From Geosiphon pyriformis uo1 (lineage: Eukaryota > Fungi > Glomeromycota), in the NCBI GenBank assembly GCA_016748015.1, contig JAAOMT010000436.1, positions 1,126,033-1,190,032 of the forward strand: a stretch of 64,000 nt of DNA. Reading direction: 5' to 3'. This document shows positions 11,457-23,723 of this stretch, piece after piece; the stretch's first letter is position 1, and the number at the start of each line of letters is the position of its first letter. The translations under genes and the position numbers were made by a program. The notes beneath the pieces were generated by a model. The model saw only the letters and a program-made list of their open reading frames with translations. It had not been told where the DNA came from and ran no database searches.

Positions 11457-12839
11457 TCAATTGGATGTGTTGTTGTCAATGATAATAATTGGTTCCAGAT
11501 CTCATGGAATCTCATTTGATTGGACTAGTATTCTCTGTACTCCTAATTGTGGAATATTACTGATGGATAATGATGCTGTATGGTGGTATAGTTTCAGTCA
11601 ATCTCCATGTGCTGCTTTGGTCAAAATTTTGTTATTCAATCTTAATTTGTAAGTTCCATTTTCTAGAATTTCTTCTATGTGAAATGATCCGTCCCATTTG
11701 GGGTCAAATTTTCCACTCCATTGTTTTTCCACTTTGGTACGATATAGTAGTACTTTGTTTTCAATCTTGAATTTAACTGGTTTATCTGGTAATTGGTTAT
11801 CATGTCTTTCTTTCTGTTTATCTTGTGACTTTTGTATGTTGTTAGCTGCTTTTCATCATTTGTTTTCTAATGTTTCCATTAAGTCATATGTTCTTTTCAA
11901 CAATGTGTTTTTGAAATTTTCTTCTGTTATTGGTTCAGTTGGATATGTGCTGACTTTTATTTTCACTGGTAGTGTTGCTGTTCTACCATATACTAATTCA
12001 AATAGTGTTGCTTGTGTAATATCTTGCTTTATTGTCTGATAAGCAAATAGTACTGATGGTATTAACAAATCCCAATCATTTTGATTTTCTTGGCTCAGTT
12101 TGGCTATCACTTCACACAATGTTCTGTTAAACCTTTCAACTAATCTGTTGGTTTGTAGATAGTATGGTGATAATAGTGGTCTCTTAATTCCAAATCTTTG
12201 GCTTAATTCTGCTAATGTTCTGTTCACAAAATAAGTTCCTTGGTCTAAAAGTAATTTTTTTGGACATCTGTGTTGACAGATCAAATCTTGATGAACAAAT
12301 TTGGCAACAGATTCTGTATCTGTTCTTTGAATTGCTTTTGCCTCTGGCTATTTAGTGAGATAGTCCATGACTACTGCTATATACCTGTTTCCTCTGCTGG
12401 TAATTGTTAATGGTCCAACTAAATTAATTCCAACATGGTCAAATGGTTGTCCTACTTTGATTAGTCTTAATGGTTTACTGGGTTTTGTACCTCCTCTTTG
12501 CTGATAAGCATCACAATTTTGAACATATTGGATGATGTTTAAATACATTGATGGCCAATAGTATTTTTTTCTGGTTCTTTCTATGGTTGCTTCTTTGTGA
12601 AAGTGTCCTGCTGTTGGATTTGAGTGCATGTTGAATAATATTGTCTTTTTTTCTGGCTCTGTAATTACTCTGGTTGGTTGCTTTAGATCTTTTCTATTTT
12701 TCTGATACAGTATATTTTGGTGAGTGATAGAATATTTTGATTGTTGTTTGATATTCTTTTATTCTGTTTGAAATAAATTCTCCTTAAACTGTTGAGTGTT
12801 TATATAATGTTGCAGTTGTTGATATTTTTGTATGTTCAT
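11457..12839 (-). pseudogene. Retroviral-type DDE integrase of Gypsy B/C, apparently a separate ORF
   Basis: ATG at 12839; H..AGHF…YYWP…CDAY zinc-binding region; core LLDQG and LVERFNRTL; GPY/F-like WDGSFHI…GTYKL; one frame to stop at 11457; no chromodomain recognised. Confidence 0.88.
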
Positions 12840-12901
12840 CTTTTGTTATATTTTTCGTTGGTATTGTTCTGGTTTTGTTATATTTTTGGGTTAAAATGTT
12901 C

Positions 12902-15900
12902 TTAGATTTGTCTCATTTGTGACAAACTGTCAGTATTTCTGTTGTCTTTTTCTTTTTTATAATGTATAATATAATTATATAGTGTGAGTGCCATTTTCCA
13001 TCTTGACTGTCTTCCATCTCCAAATTCTTGTTTTTGAAGTGATGTTAATCCCTTGTAATCTGTGTATACTTCAAACTTCTGGCTCAAGTATTTTTTCTAT
13101 TTCATGACTGCCCAGTATATTGCTAAGTGTTCTTGTTCTAGTGTTCCATAGTTCTTTTTGGCTGGTGTTAAACCTCTGCTGGCATATGCTACTGGATGTT
13201 CTCTGCCGTCTGGTTCTCTCTGAAATAATACTGCTTCCAATGCTTGGCCAGATGCATCAGTGATAATAATGAATAGTTTGCTGTGATCTGAATAGATCAG
13301 TACTGGAGCTTGAATGAGCTTTCTTTTCAAAATATCAAAGCTTTTTGTTGACTTTCTGTTCATTCATATTTTGTATTCTTGGTTTGCAGTTGGTTGAATG
13401 GCTGTGCTATCTTGGAAAAGTTCTTGATAAAATGCCAATAGTAGCTGGCAAATTCCAAGAATGATTTCAGTTCTGTCATATTTGTCAGCACTAGAGAGTT
13501 TTTTACTATCTCTATTTTCTCTGGATCCGTTTTGATGTCATCTTTGCTGACTATGTGTCCCAAGAATTTTAGTTTTGTCTTGCCAAAAAAGCACTTTGTT
13601 GCATTTAACTTTAGTTCTGCTCTTCTTAGTCTTTCAAACACTTGTTGAAGATGATGAAGATGATCATCAAATGTTTTTAAGAATACATTGATGTCATTCA
13701 AGTATACAACTACTGATTTCCACAATAAACCAGTATAAACGATTTTCATTAGCCATTGGAAAGTTGCTGGGGCATTGGTTAAGCCAAATCGCATTACTTC
13801 AAATTCAAAATTCCCTTTTCTTGTGGTGAATGCCATTTTCTCTTTGTCGGCTGAATTCATGGCTACTTGCCAGTAACCACTGTCCAGATCTAATGTTGAA
13901 AACCATTTGTTTCTACTGAAAGCATTGAATAATTCTTGGATCTGTGAAATGGGGTAGCTATCTCCATGAGTTACTCCATTGAGTTTTCTATAATCTACAC
14001 AAAAGTGAATTTTCTCATTTTTTTTCTAAATGAGTACTACTGATAATGACTATGGGCTCATTAATGGCTGAATTAGTCTGTTGTCAAGCATTTGGTTTAT
14101 CTTTTGACGGATAATCTTGTGGCTAGCTGGTGGTACTCTGTATGCTTTTTGTTTAATTGGCATTGCATCTCCAGTCTTAATCTAATGCTGGATAATGTTA
14201 GTTCGGCCAAACTCGTTTTCGCTGGCAAAAATATCACTGAAATTGTTGAGCAACATCTTAAGTTGCATATGTTAAAGTGGATCTAAGTTTCCCATGTTCA
14301 TTTGTTCCAACTGTTCTGATTGGAGCAAATAACATTTGTTTCGTCCATATATCATTTGTGATGTGATATCGACATATTCACAAAGCTGTGGAAAGTCTGG
14401 AATGGTGCTTAGTGATTGATCCTCTATTTCTGTGGTCAAATATCTGATGATAGTTTCTTCTGGTATATTGACAATATTTCCGGTGTTGTTGTAGATGGGA
14501 ATTTTGATGTGGTTATAATTCTTGGCTGGTATGTGGAGATTGATGAGTTTAACTTCTCCTGATTTACAAAGACTTGCTTCTGCTTCAAAAATTTGTGCTT
14601 GGTTTTTTATCTCTCTCTCTATTGTTATTATGTACTGGTCATATGGTGGAATGGAAATTGCTTGACCGGTTGAGATAATTTCTTCTTGGCCAACAATTTT
14701 TTTTTTTGCCATATTGACTGGCACATCTATTCTACTTGTTGATCCAAATCTCTGTATTCTTCTTACTATTATTTCTAATTCTTTTCTCTTTCCCACTAAT
14801 ACTAACTGAGCTACTCTAACCAGGAGCAGGAATATTGCCTGTGCTATCTTTTCATTGGACTCTATTATATAGGCCTTTTCTGAGTTATTTTGTAGCATAG
14901 CAATGATATTTCCTACATATCCTGCATCAATTATTCCTCCTCTTATATTAATCCCTCTTTTTACTAAACTACTCCTAGATGTTAATTGAATTATTGTTGT
15001 TGCTAGAATTTCCAGTGCTATTTTCAAATCAAGACAGATGCGTGAATGTGGTTCCAATTTGATGGCATCTTTTCCTGAATACCTCAAATCAAACCCTGCA
15101 TTAGTATCATGCACTCATTCTGACATGATACCTTCGTCATTATCACTAAACCATTTAAGTTCTTGGTCTTTGGTGAGGTTAAGGAGTGCAATATATTGTT
15201 TGGGGCCTAAATTGGAGTTTGAATCTGAGTTTATACTATTGTTGTTGTCATTGTCATCTTAACCAGAGCTCGAACCATTGTTATTGTTGTTGTCGTCAGA
15301 GTTTAAAGTGTGATTGATCAGTGATTCTGATTCCGATGTGCAGCTGCTGATTGGTTCTTCTTCTTCTAGGATCGTGTAGATCATGTATGGTGGTGGATTG
15401 TAGATAAGGTCACACTTATTACAATACTGGAAGTTACATGGGATCAAACAGTAGTCACATAGTCAGGTGTTTATTTCTTCCAAGCATTGCTTCTGTTCCT
15501 CTCTCATGAGTGCTAATCATTGGTAGTGCTCATGAAATTTCTCTGAATCATCTTTAATGTTACCAAAGGCATCGAAGGTTTGGACATATTTGGGCTCAGA
15601 TAGGGATAATGAGTTGTTTTTAATTTTTTTTAGCTCTTCTGTTGTAGTGTCTTCAAACATAGCATATGCTATTCTTCAGATTTTATCTTTGTCATGTGGG
15701 TATCCTTTCAGGCATCTTAATGCTCGTTTCCAGGCGTCATCAATGGGAGTTCCCTTTCATACCCAGTCATTGATTAGGATTGTGTATTGGCATGTCTTGT
15801 TGTATGCTCCTTCTCTTCCAGGAATGTCTTTCCACATCTCTTTATCTAAGAGAGTATCTCTACAAGCTAAACACAAAGTACTGTTCCATTTTCCTACTTT

Positions 15901-18900
15901 TGGCAGCTGTCCATTACATTCAAGGATGCATGGACAACAGTAGTACTCGGTTGCTGTCATTTATTCTTTGTCCTTACTACAGCATGCATCCATTGTTGAC
16001 AGTTTCTTGCCACAACTGATGCATACTAGTTTGGGTCGACAGCATCTTGGTTGCTGCAGTGTAAAGTATGGAGTATGAGCTGAATTGGTGCTTAGTGGTT
16101 GGTTGTCTGCCTTTTTTTTCTCTTTTCTTTTTTCTTCTCAGGTCCACTTGGTGGTTGGTTTACTTAAGTTGTCTTTGCTCTATGCTCCTAGGTTTGGCTT
16201 CCAGGTAAGTTCTTCTTCTTTCTTCTTTCTCTTGTCATCCCATGATAGTATGGGTGGTAGTTCATTGTGGTTAGCATCGGTCTAAGAAACTTGGTAAGCT
16301 TCCCAAGTAGATTTTTCTTTCTTCTCCTCCAGTTCGATCAATAGTTTTTCTCTTGGAGGAGTCTTGAAGTGGCCACATGTGGCCAGTACACATATGTGTT
16401 GGCTCTGATATGTTAACTGGAGTTCCTGGGTGTTCCAGTTTAATGTCGCATTGACTTTGGATAGCCAGTCATTACCAACGAAAGCTTGGTATTAAGTGGC
16501 TTCCATCACTAAAACTTTAATGAAAGTCACAATGCCATTGACTTTGAAAGGAAAGTCATCAATTTTGCCAATTGGAGTTTTGGTTGCTTTATTAGCTGTG
16601 ATAATTCTGGTGTTAGCAGCTTGATCAACTTGGTGACCTAATTGATCCATGAGTTGTCGTGTGATGATGTTGCCTGCTGAACCACTGTCAAGAATCAATT
16701 TGATGGATTGTCCCTCGACTTTGGCATCAGTGTATATTGTGGTAATTGGTTTGGCTTCAAGAGCAGCTTCACTAAATAATAGCATTGCAGTTGTTTCCTC
16801 ACATTTGAATGGGAAGATAGCAGCCAAGAACTTGTCTTTGGTGATGGTAGTAGGTAAGATATTACTGGTGAGTGGTTGTTTTTGGGCGAATACCAGGTTA
16901 TTGGCTGAGGCATCTTCTGAGGTGACCAGGAGACTTAAATAGTTCTGGGAATTCAGGTTCTGGGGTTGACCAGTACCTAAATTCTACTGGCGTAATCCAG
17001 ATGGTTGCTGTGAAGAACTGGGGATTGGTTGATGGATCACCATTACTGATCTCTAGCTTTGTTGAGTCATTCTTAGTCTTTGTGTTCTATTGGATAGTAA
17101 GTTTTGGGGCAGTGTTTGAATTTGTTGAGGTTGATATATTATTTGCAGCTGCAGTTGTTGATAAATTATTTGTGGCTGTGGTTGATAAATTGAAGCTTGA
17201 TATACTGGTGGTTGATACATTAATTGCTGCATCATTAGTGCATAATAAGATAAGTGTTGGTATTGTTTTTGATGTTGCTGAGAACTCAGAGCTGAGAACC
17301 AGCGATCGGAGTTTCGATATTGATTTCCTGATTGTTGGTTATTTAAATGCTGACAACAATCAATTTGTATGTATCCTTGTCTACCACAATAGTGGCAAAC
17401 ATGCGTTTTTTGTTGTTACTGTTGATTGGCTGGAAATGATAAATGTGGCTGATTTTGGATGCAATTGGAGTTTCTTTGATTGTTGTGTCATTGTGGCAGT
17501 TGATAGATTGCTCAGTTGTCAGCTAAGTACGCCTCTAATTTTTGATTGATGGAATCACTGAATTGTTTCAATCTAGAATCCAATTCAGATGATTTATTCA
17601 TTACTAGATTAATGGCTTGGGTGTGGTTAGCTTCAAGTTTGGCTGCTTCAAAATCTCTGGTGTTAGTGATGGTTACTTGTAAATCTGCTGGGTGTAGTGA
17701 ACGTACGTACTGGAGAATACTATTGCATAAGCCTCTGATAAATTGATTCAAAATTTGGGCCACTGTAAAATAATCAGCATTGATAGCTTGAATCTAGTAC
17801 AGGCATCTATAGAATCGTCCCAAGTACATGGTAATGGCTTCAGTATCCCCTTGTTTAATGGTAGTAAAAGTATTTACCAAATGGTTGATACTGTTATTAT
17901 TACTGAAATATCTTAGGAACTCCTGCTTAAATGCATCAAACGTTTGAGGTTTTGTGGCTAAGCTTTAATACTACAAATCTGTAGTATCTTGGAGGAAATA
18001 TGGGATTGCTTGAAGAGCTCTGTTGTCATTTCAATTGTTTGCCGTAATTGCTTTGGTGATGTCATTCAACCAAGCTTGAACATCATTCTTTTTATTGGTG
18101 AATTTTTCTAATTTGGCGATTGGTGTATAAGCCATCAGTACTATAGATTGCTGGAGCTGTTGAGATGGCTGTTGCTGAAGTTGTTAAAAAGATAACAGTT
18201 GTTGGGGTGGTATTTGAGATAGTTGAATTGGCTCACTGATCGGCTCAATTGGTGGTTGATTAATGACAATAACTGGAGATAGGTTTTGCTGATGAATTAA
18301 ATTGGGGTTTTGATTTCTTTAATTTGGCGGGGTTTGAATATTTGGAGTTTTGATTTCCGGATTTTTTAAATATTGCTGAGTTTGAATATTTGGGTTTTCT
18401 GGGATCGGTTTTTGGTAATTAAATTCCTGATCCTCATCTTCTTTTTCTGATTCAGTAATTTCTCAGGGACTGACAGTTCTGAAATCTGGCTGATGAGGCG
18501 GTAATCAAAATCCTAATAGTGTTGGCGATCTCAATTTAAATCCTTCAAAATAATTGCCATATGCTCCTAATAGTTTGTTTTTCTTTTGTTTACTCTGAAA
18601 CGCAATTTTTGCTAGCAGCATCTTTGTACTAATGAACACATTTGCTGATGTGATGTTGATGGTACTTCTGGGCATGTAGTGATAGGATGGAGCAATTGGT
18701 GATTCAACTCTTGTTTTCTTCCAAGTGGGTGGTTGTATTCTTTTGGGTGTTACTGCTGGTGTTTGTAGTTTTCCTTTGCCTTTACTGGTGTAAGTAATTG
18801 GATATCTTTGTTGGGTGTAATGTTCAATTTCTTTGTTGATCTTAGTAATGATGGAGACAAAATTGTGATTTGTTGGCAGGTTGGTATTTTGAATTAATTC

Positions 18901-19140
18901 TCTATAGAAAGTTTTCCTGGCTGATTCAATATTCACTGGTGTTCCTAACAAAAAGGAAATCTTTTCATTGATGTAGAAATTAAAGGCTAATTTGGCAGAT
19001 ATATAATTGTGGTTTAATTTCAAGTGTTGACAATAGTGTTGAAATAAGGATTTTGCAAATCCTAAATGGTTTGCTCCTATGTTTTCTGATTCTGCCACTT
19101 TTGGATGGTGTTTGTTGATGTTGGTTCTCTATAAGATTAT
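12902..19140 (-). pseudogene. Gypsy B/C polyprotein: gag, CCHC, protease, Cys-rich domain, dUTPase, RT, RNase H (single frame apart from one 1-nt deletion near 13340)
   Basis: ORF fragments from 19098 to 13860 share one frame; CHYCGRQGYIQIDC; LILDSGSAG; AGFDL/RSS/GIIDAGYVG/EKIAQ/FGSTS; FGLTNAPATFQ, YLND; ITDASGQAL; ends TDSLSQMRQI*. Confidence 0.92.
14740..15114 (-). pseudogene. dut: dUTPase domain within Gypsy pol (between protease and RT)
   Basis: All five trimeric dUTPase motifs recognisable; a homologous domain lies in element A at ~7500-7880. Confidence 0.9.
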
Positions 19141-19142
19141 AC

Positions 19143-19158
19143 CTTACAGGAAGCACCA
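19143..19158 (-). other. Primer-binding site of element C
   Basis: Minus strand TGGTGCTTCCTGTAAG, 2 nt downstream of LTR C. Confidence 0.8.
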
Positions 19159-19160
19159 AA

Positions 19161-20029
19161 TGTTACAAGTGACAATTTCTGGTGTTGAATTAAATACAAA
19201 TCTGTAACTTGGTGCTCAAAGCTATTCTCGTTGTTGATAATGTTCTGAAGGTTTGGTATCTGAAGGTTTTGTATCTGAAGGGTTTGGTTGAGTTCTTTGT
19301 ATAATGAACAGAGATTCAATGGTAATAGTTTTATCTGTAGCTTCCCGAAACCACAGTTTTATCAATTTCTTTCTCAGCTTAATGGCTGGTATTCTTTCTG
19401 GTAAGCTATTCTCAATTGAATGTTCTACCCTTATTTCTGGGTCTTTTACCAGTCACGTTTATCCTGACGTCAGTGCCCCGCACGTTAATCTTCAATAGAG
19501 TTAGTAAACAACAATAAAATCAAAGCAAGAAAAATAAAGAAAATAAAATAAAATAAAGAAAAAAAAAAAATAAGCCAAGACAATTTGCAAGTTAGTATTC
19601 CATCAATAGCCATGATCAAGAGCTATTGTTTCAGCGTGGTTAAGTATCAATTACTATCAACATAAAGTGTTGATAGTGGAAATGGGTTTGAGATAACAAA
19701 TAGTTATTTATTAGATGATTGTGATTTGGAGAGTTGCTTAAATTAAATCTAAACTAAGAGGTCTGTTTTTTCAGCTTCTAATCCTGCTGCTATATACATA
19801 ATTGAGATTCCTCAATTCCTTGATTCTTCATGACAGAAATCCTGGAATTTCTGGAATCCTGCGATTCCTTTGAGAGGAATCTTGGAATTCTGGAATCCTG
19901 TCGGAGAATTCTGAAATTCCTGGAATTCTGCAATTCTTGAGAAGAATCCTGGAATTTCACATTTACTATGCCTACTTCTGATTGGCTAATAATCATGCTA
20001 ATATATTTTCTATATTTCTATGAGTAATA
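19161..20029 (-). repeat. LTR C (5' LTR of a B-related Gypsy inserted into B gag)
   Basis: TGTTAC…GTAATA termini, 869 bp; related to but diverged from the B LTRs; followed by PBS and gag; right flank GCGG interrupts B gag. Confidence 0.88.
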
Positions 20030-21220
20030 GCGGCTAAGCTTTAATACCACAAATCCGCGGTATCTTGGAAGAAATATGGGATTGCCTGAAAAGCTCTGTC
20101 ATTGTTCCAATTGTTTGCCATGATTGCTTTGGCAACGTCATTCAACCAAGCTTGAGCATTATTCTCTTCACTAGTGAATTTTTCTAATTTGGCAATTGGT
20201 GCATAGGCCATCAGTACTATAGGTTGCTAGAACTGTTGAAATGGCTGTTGCTAAAATTGTTAAAGAGGTAATGGTTGTTGTGGTGGTACTTGAGGTGGTT
20301 GAATTGGCTCACCAATTGGCTCAATTGGTGGTTAATCGATGACAATAACTGGAGGTAGGTTTTACTGATGAATTAAATTGGGGTTTTGATTTCTTTAATT
20401 TGGCAGGGTTTAAATATTTGGAGTTTTGATTTTCAGATTTTCTAAATGTTGCTGAGTTTGAATGTTCAGGTTTTCTGGGATTGGTTTTTGGTAATTAAAT
20501 TCCTGATTTTTGTCTTTTTCTTCTGATTCAATAATTTCTCAGGAACTGATGGTTCCGAAATCTGGCTGATGAGACAGTAATCAAAATCCTGATGATGTTG
20601 GTGATCTCAATTTAAACCCTTCAAAGTAATTGCTGCATGCTCCTAATAGTTCGTTTTTTTTTGTTTACTCTAAAATACAATTTTTGCTAGCAACATCTTT
20701 GTACTGGTAAACACGTTTGCTGATATGATGTTGATAGTACTTCTGGACATGTAATAATATGATGAATGTATCAGAAATTCAATTCTTTGTTTTTTCCAGT
20801 TAGGAATTTGTATTCCTTTGGGTGTTACTGCTGGTGTCTGTAATCTTCTTTTGCCTTTGTCTTAGTAAGTAATAGGGAATGTTCTTTGTGTATATCTTTC
20901 AATTTCTTGGTTGATTTCTCTGATGATAGGTACAAAGCTGTGATTTCTTGGTAAGTTGGTGTGTTGGATTAGTTCTGAATAAAAATTTTCTCTTGCTGAT
21001 TCAATGTCAATTGGTTCTCCTAGAAAATCTGTGATTTTTTTGTTGACATAGAAGTTAAAAGCTAATTCTGCTGGATAATAGTTGTTGTTTAGGCTTAGCT
21101 GCTGGCTGTACTATTGAAATAAGGATTTTGCGAATCCTAAATGGTTTGTCCCTATTGTTTCTGATTCTGCCACTTTTAGATTGGTGTTGTCGGTGCTGGT
21201 TCTCTGTAGGATTATACCTT
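20030..21220 (-). pseudogene. 5' part of gag of element B, truncated by LTR C
   Basis: Homologous to 17954-19140 (VAESE..G.NHLGFAKSLFQ…; LMAYAPIAKLEKFT…). Confidence 0.85.
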
Positions 21221-21233
21221 ACAGGGAGCACCA
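21217..21233 (-). other. Primer-binding site of element B
   Basis: Minus strand TGGTGCTCCCTGTAAGG, 2 nt after the 5' LTR. Confidence 0.8.
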
Positions 21234-21235
21234 AA

Positions 21236-22131
21236 TGTTACAGGTGATTATTTCTAGTATGGGAATAAATAACAAACCCATAACTTGGTGCTCAAAAGCT
21301 ATTGATTTCTGTTGATGTTGGTATTAGTAATCTAAAGGTTTTGATATCTGAAGGTTTTGGGTTGAGTTTTTTGTATAATAGACAGAGGTTCAATTGTAAT
21401 TGTACTAGTCTTCAGAATCGCAATTCCATCTAATTTCTTTCTCAGCATGAAGGCCGGATTTATTTTGGCAGTCGTGCTCTTCTGGTAAGCTATCTGTTAA
21501 TATATAAAATTCTACCCTTATTTCTGGGTCTTTTATCAGGCTATCCATGATGTCAATAACTCAGCACTTTTAATCCTTAATCAATTAGTATACAACAACA
21601 AAACAAAGACAGAAAATAAAAGACAAAAAAGAAAGCAAAGAATATGAAATAAAACAAATAAGCCAAGGCGATTCTGATTCGTATCCTGTTAATAGCCATG
21701 ATCAAGAGCTATTGTTCCAGTATGGTTAAGTATCAGTTACTATCAACATGAAGTGTTGATAGTGAAGAAGGAATTTGATATAATGAATAATTATTTTATT
21801 TGAGGATTGTGGTAACTAAGCTAAGAATTCTTGGTGTCGATTCTGTCTTTTCTGCTTTTAATACTATTGCTATATATACATATTTGAAATTCCTCCATTT
21901 CTCAATTCTTTGTGACAGGAATCCTGGAATTTCTGGAATCCTGCAATTCCTGATGAGAGGAATCCTGGAATTCTGGAATCCTGCGACTTTTTGTCAGAGA
22001 ATCCTGAAATTCCTGGAATCCTACAATTCCTTTGAGAGGAATCTTAGAATTTCATATTTACTATGTCTATATCTGATTGGCTAATATCTACTAACTAATA
22101 ATACTATATTTCTTATATTCTATGAGTAATA
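21236..22131 (-). repeat. 5' LTR of Gypsy B
   Basis: TGTTAC…GTAATA; pair of 9865-10760; CCAAT box and TATATA in the U3 portion. Confidence 0.93.
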
Positions 22132-23700
22132 CCAGAATGAGATAACTTTCTATTTTCTTAGAGAGTTCCTCTCCTAATTGCATTACTCTTTTCTCTGATG
22201 TTTCTGTCTTATTTTTTTCTATTACCATGTTAACCATTTGACTATGATTAGCTTCTTTCTCAGCCGATTCAAGTGCTCTGGTGAGCATAACAGCTTCTGG
22301 TAAGAAATTAGGATGGACAGAATGTACTTTTCCTAAAATGCTGCTTTTTAATCCTCTAATAAACTGATTTAAAACCTGAGAATCAGTGTAGTATCCTTGT
22401 TCAATCACTTCAATCTGATGGCAAATTCAATTGAATTGAGCAAAGTATTGGGTAACAGTTTCACTGGTACTTTGCATAATAGTATTAAATTCGTTTTGTA
22501 GTTGGATTATGGCATTTGGGTTGCTAAAATACTTCAGGAGTGCATTTTTAAATTTGGCGAAGCTTGTGGGTTTTGTTTTCAGGCTTTGATACTACAAGTT
22601 GGTTGTGCTTTTCAGGAAAAAAGGTAATGTTTGAATTGCTCTTTGGTCACTCCAGTTATTTGCCTAAATGGCTTTTTGCACTTTTTTGAGCCACGTGTGT
22701 ATGTCTGTTTCTTTTTCTTCTCTTGAGAAATCTGTTAGTCTTGTGATGTATAATGTGGCCATTTCATCACTGTTTTCTGCTGGTGGGCTTATTGGTCTAA
22801 GAGGAGGTGAGATGATATTTTCTTGAGTGTTTCTAAAAGTGGCTTCCCTTATATCTGGTTCTTCTTCTTGATCATGAGTTTCTTAGTTTCTGGACTGGCT
22901 GCTTGTTCCAGTAACCAGTCTTGTGATTGTTTTTTTGCTGGTCTCTTTTTCGGATTCTGATTTAGACTTTTCTTCATGGTTTTCAAACCCTGTTCTAAAT
23001 TTTGGCTGAAAAAGAGGGTTTTGAAATAGTGATGAATATCCTCCTATAATTGGTATGTCTTCTCAGTTATGTTGTTTAATTTTATCAGTATAACTAGGAG
23101 TTCTTAGCATTTGTAGAGTTGATGTTGATGATGATGCAGCTCTTAATGAAATTTGTATCTTATTTTCTGGTGAAAAATGGTATGATTTATTTTCTGGTGA
23201 ATAAATACATTGTTTCTTTATTGATTAAGTAACAGTTTTCTTTGGTGTTTGAGCAGGTGTTCCTAGTTTTTACTGGTTACTTTTCTGATTAGTTTCTAAA
23301 TTTTTTTTGGTTTTGTTGGCGCATTTCCTAGTGTTTCCTGTGGATATTGGAAAATTTTTGTTGGTGTATTGCTCAATTTCTTGATGGATTTTGACAATAG
23401 TTGCGGCTATTACTGCTACTTCTTTTGTAGTGTATTGTGATAATTCTCTATACAATCTAAGTTTTGTGTCATGTGGTTCTTCTTCCTTTCCTATATGATA
23501 ATTTATTTTGGTGTTAATATAATAAGTGAGGACAGATTCTGCTAGACAACACTCTTCTGGTAATTCAAGATCACTTTGATTTTGTGTGTAAATAGCATAG
23601 CAGAATTTAAGAACAGTAAAGATAGAAGTTTTTGTTGCCACTTTTGTTTCTTCCTTTTTAGCAATGAATTATTGCTAATTATTATTATTTTTTTGATTTT
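22132..23700 (-). pseudogene. gag of Gypsy A, 5' part
   Basis: Retrotransposon-gag-like segments (YYTDSQVLNQFIRGLKSSIL…); same frame as the continuation below 9864 once B and one TSD are removed. Confidence 0.85.
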
Positions 23701-23704
23701 CTTT

Positions 23705-23721
23705 CTTCATAGGGTTCACCA
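23705..23721 (-). other. Primer-binding site of element A
   Basis: Minus strand TGGTGAACCCTATGAAG, 2 nt after the 5' LTR. Confidence 0.78.
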
Positions 23722-23723
23722 AA

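Larger units (their letters stand above)
9865..22131 (-). mobile_element. Ty3/Gypsy LTR retrotransposon B (chimeric B/C internal region) nested in gag of element A
   Basis: 896-bp LTRs 9865-10760 and 21236-22131; flanks CCAA/CCAG are a decayed 4-bp TSD; removing the insert restores A gag in frame (…KKIESYLI(P)DPRRNTYQPPQ). Confidence 0.92.

Noticed and set aside
17001-17549. 182-aa hydrophobic plus-strand ORF and similar antisense ORFs across the TEs
   Set aside because: Shadow frames of Gln/Asn/Thr-rich gag-pol or of LINE ORFs; no independent motif
21885-22055. Canonical heat-shock elements in the LTR
   Set aside because: Only two-unit TTCnnGAA matches; spacing does not give three alternating nGAAn units, so it is kept only as a speculative array
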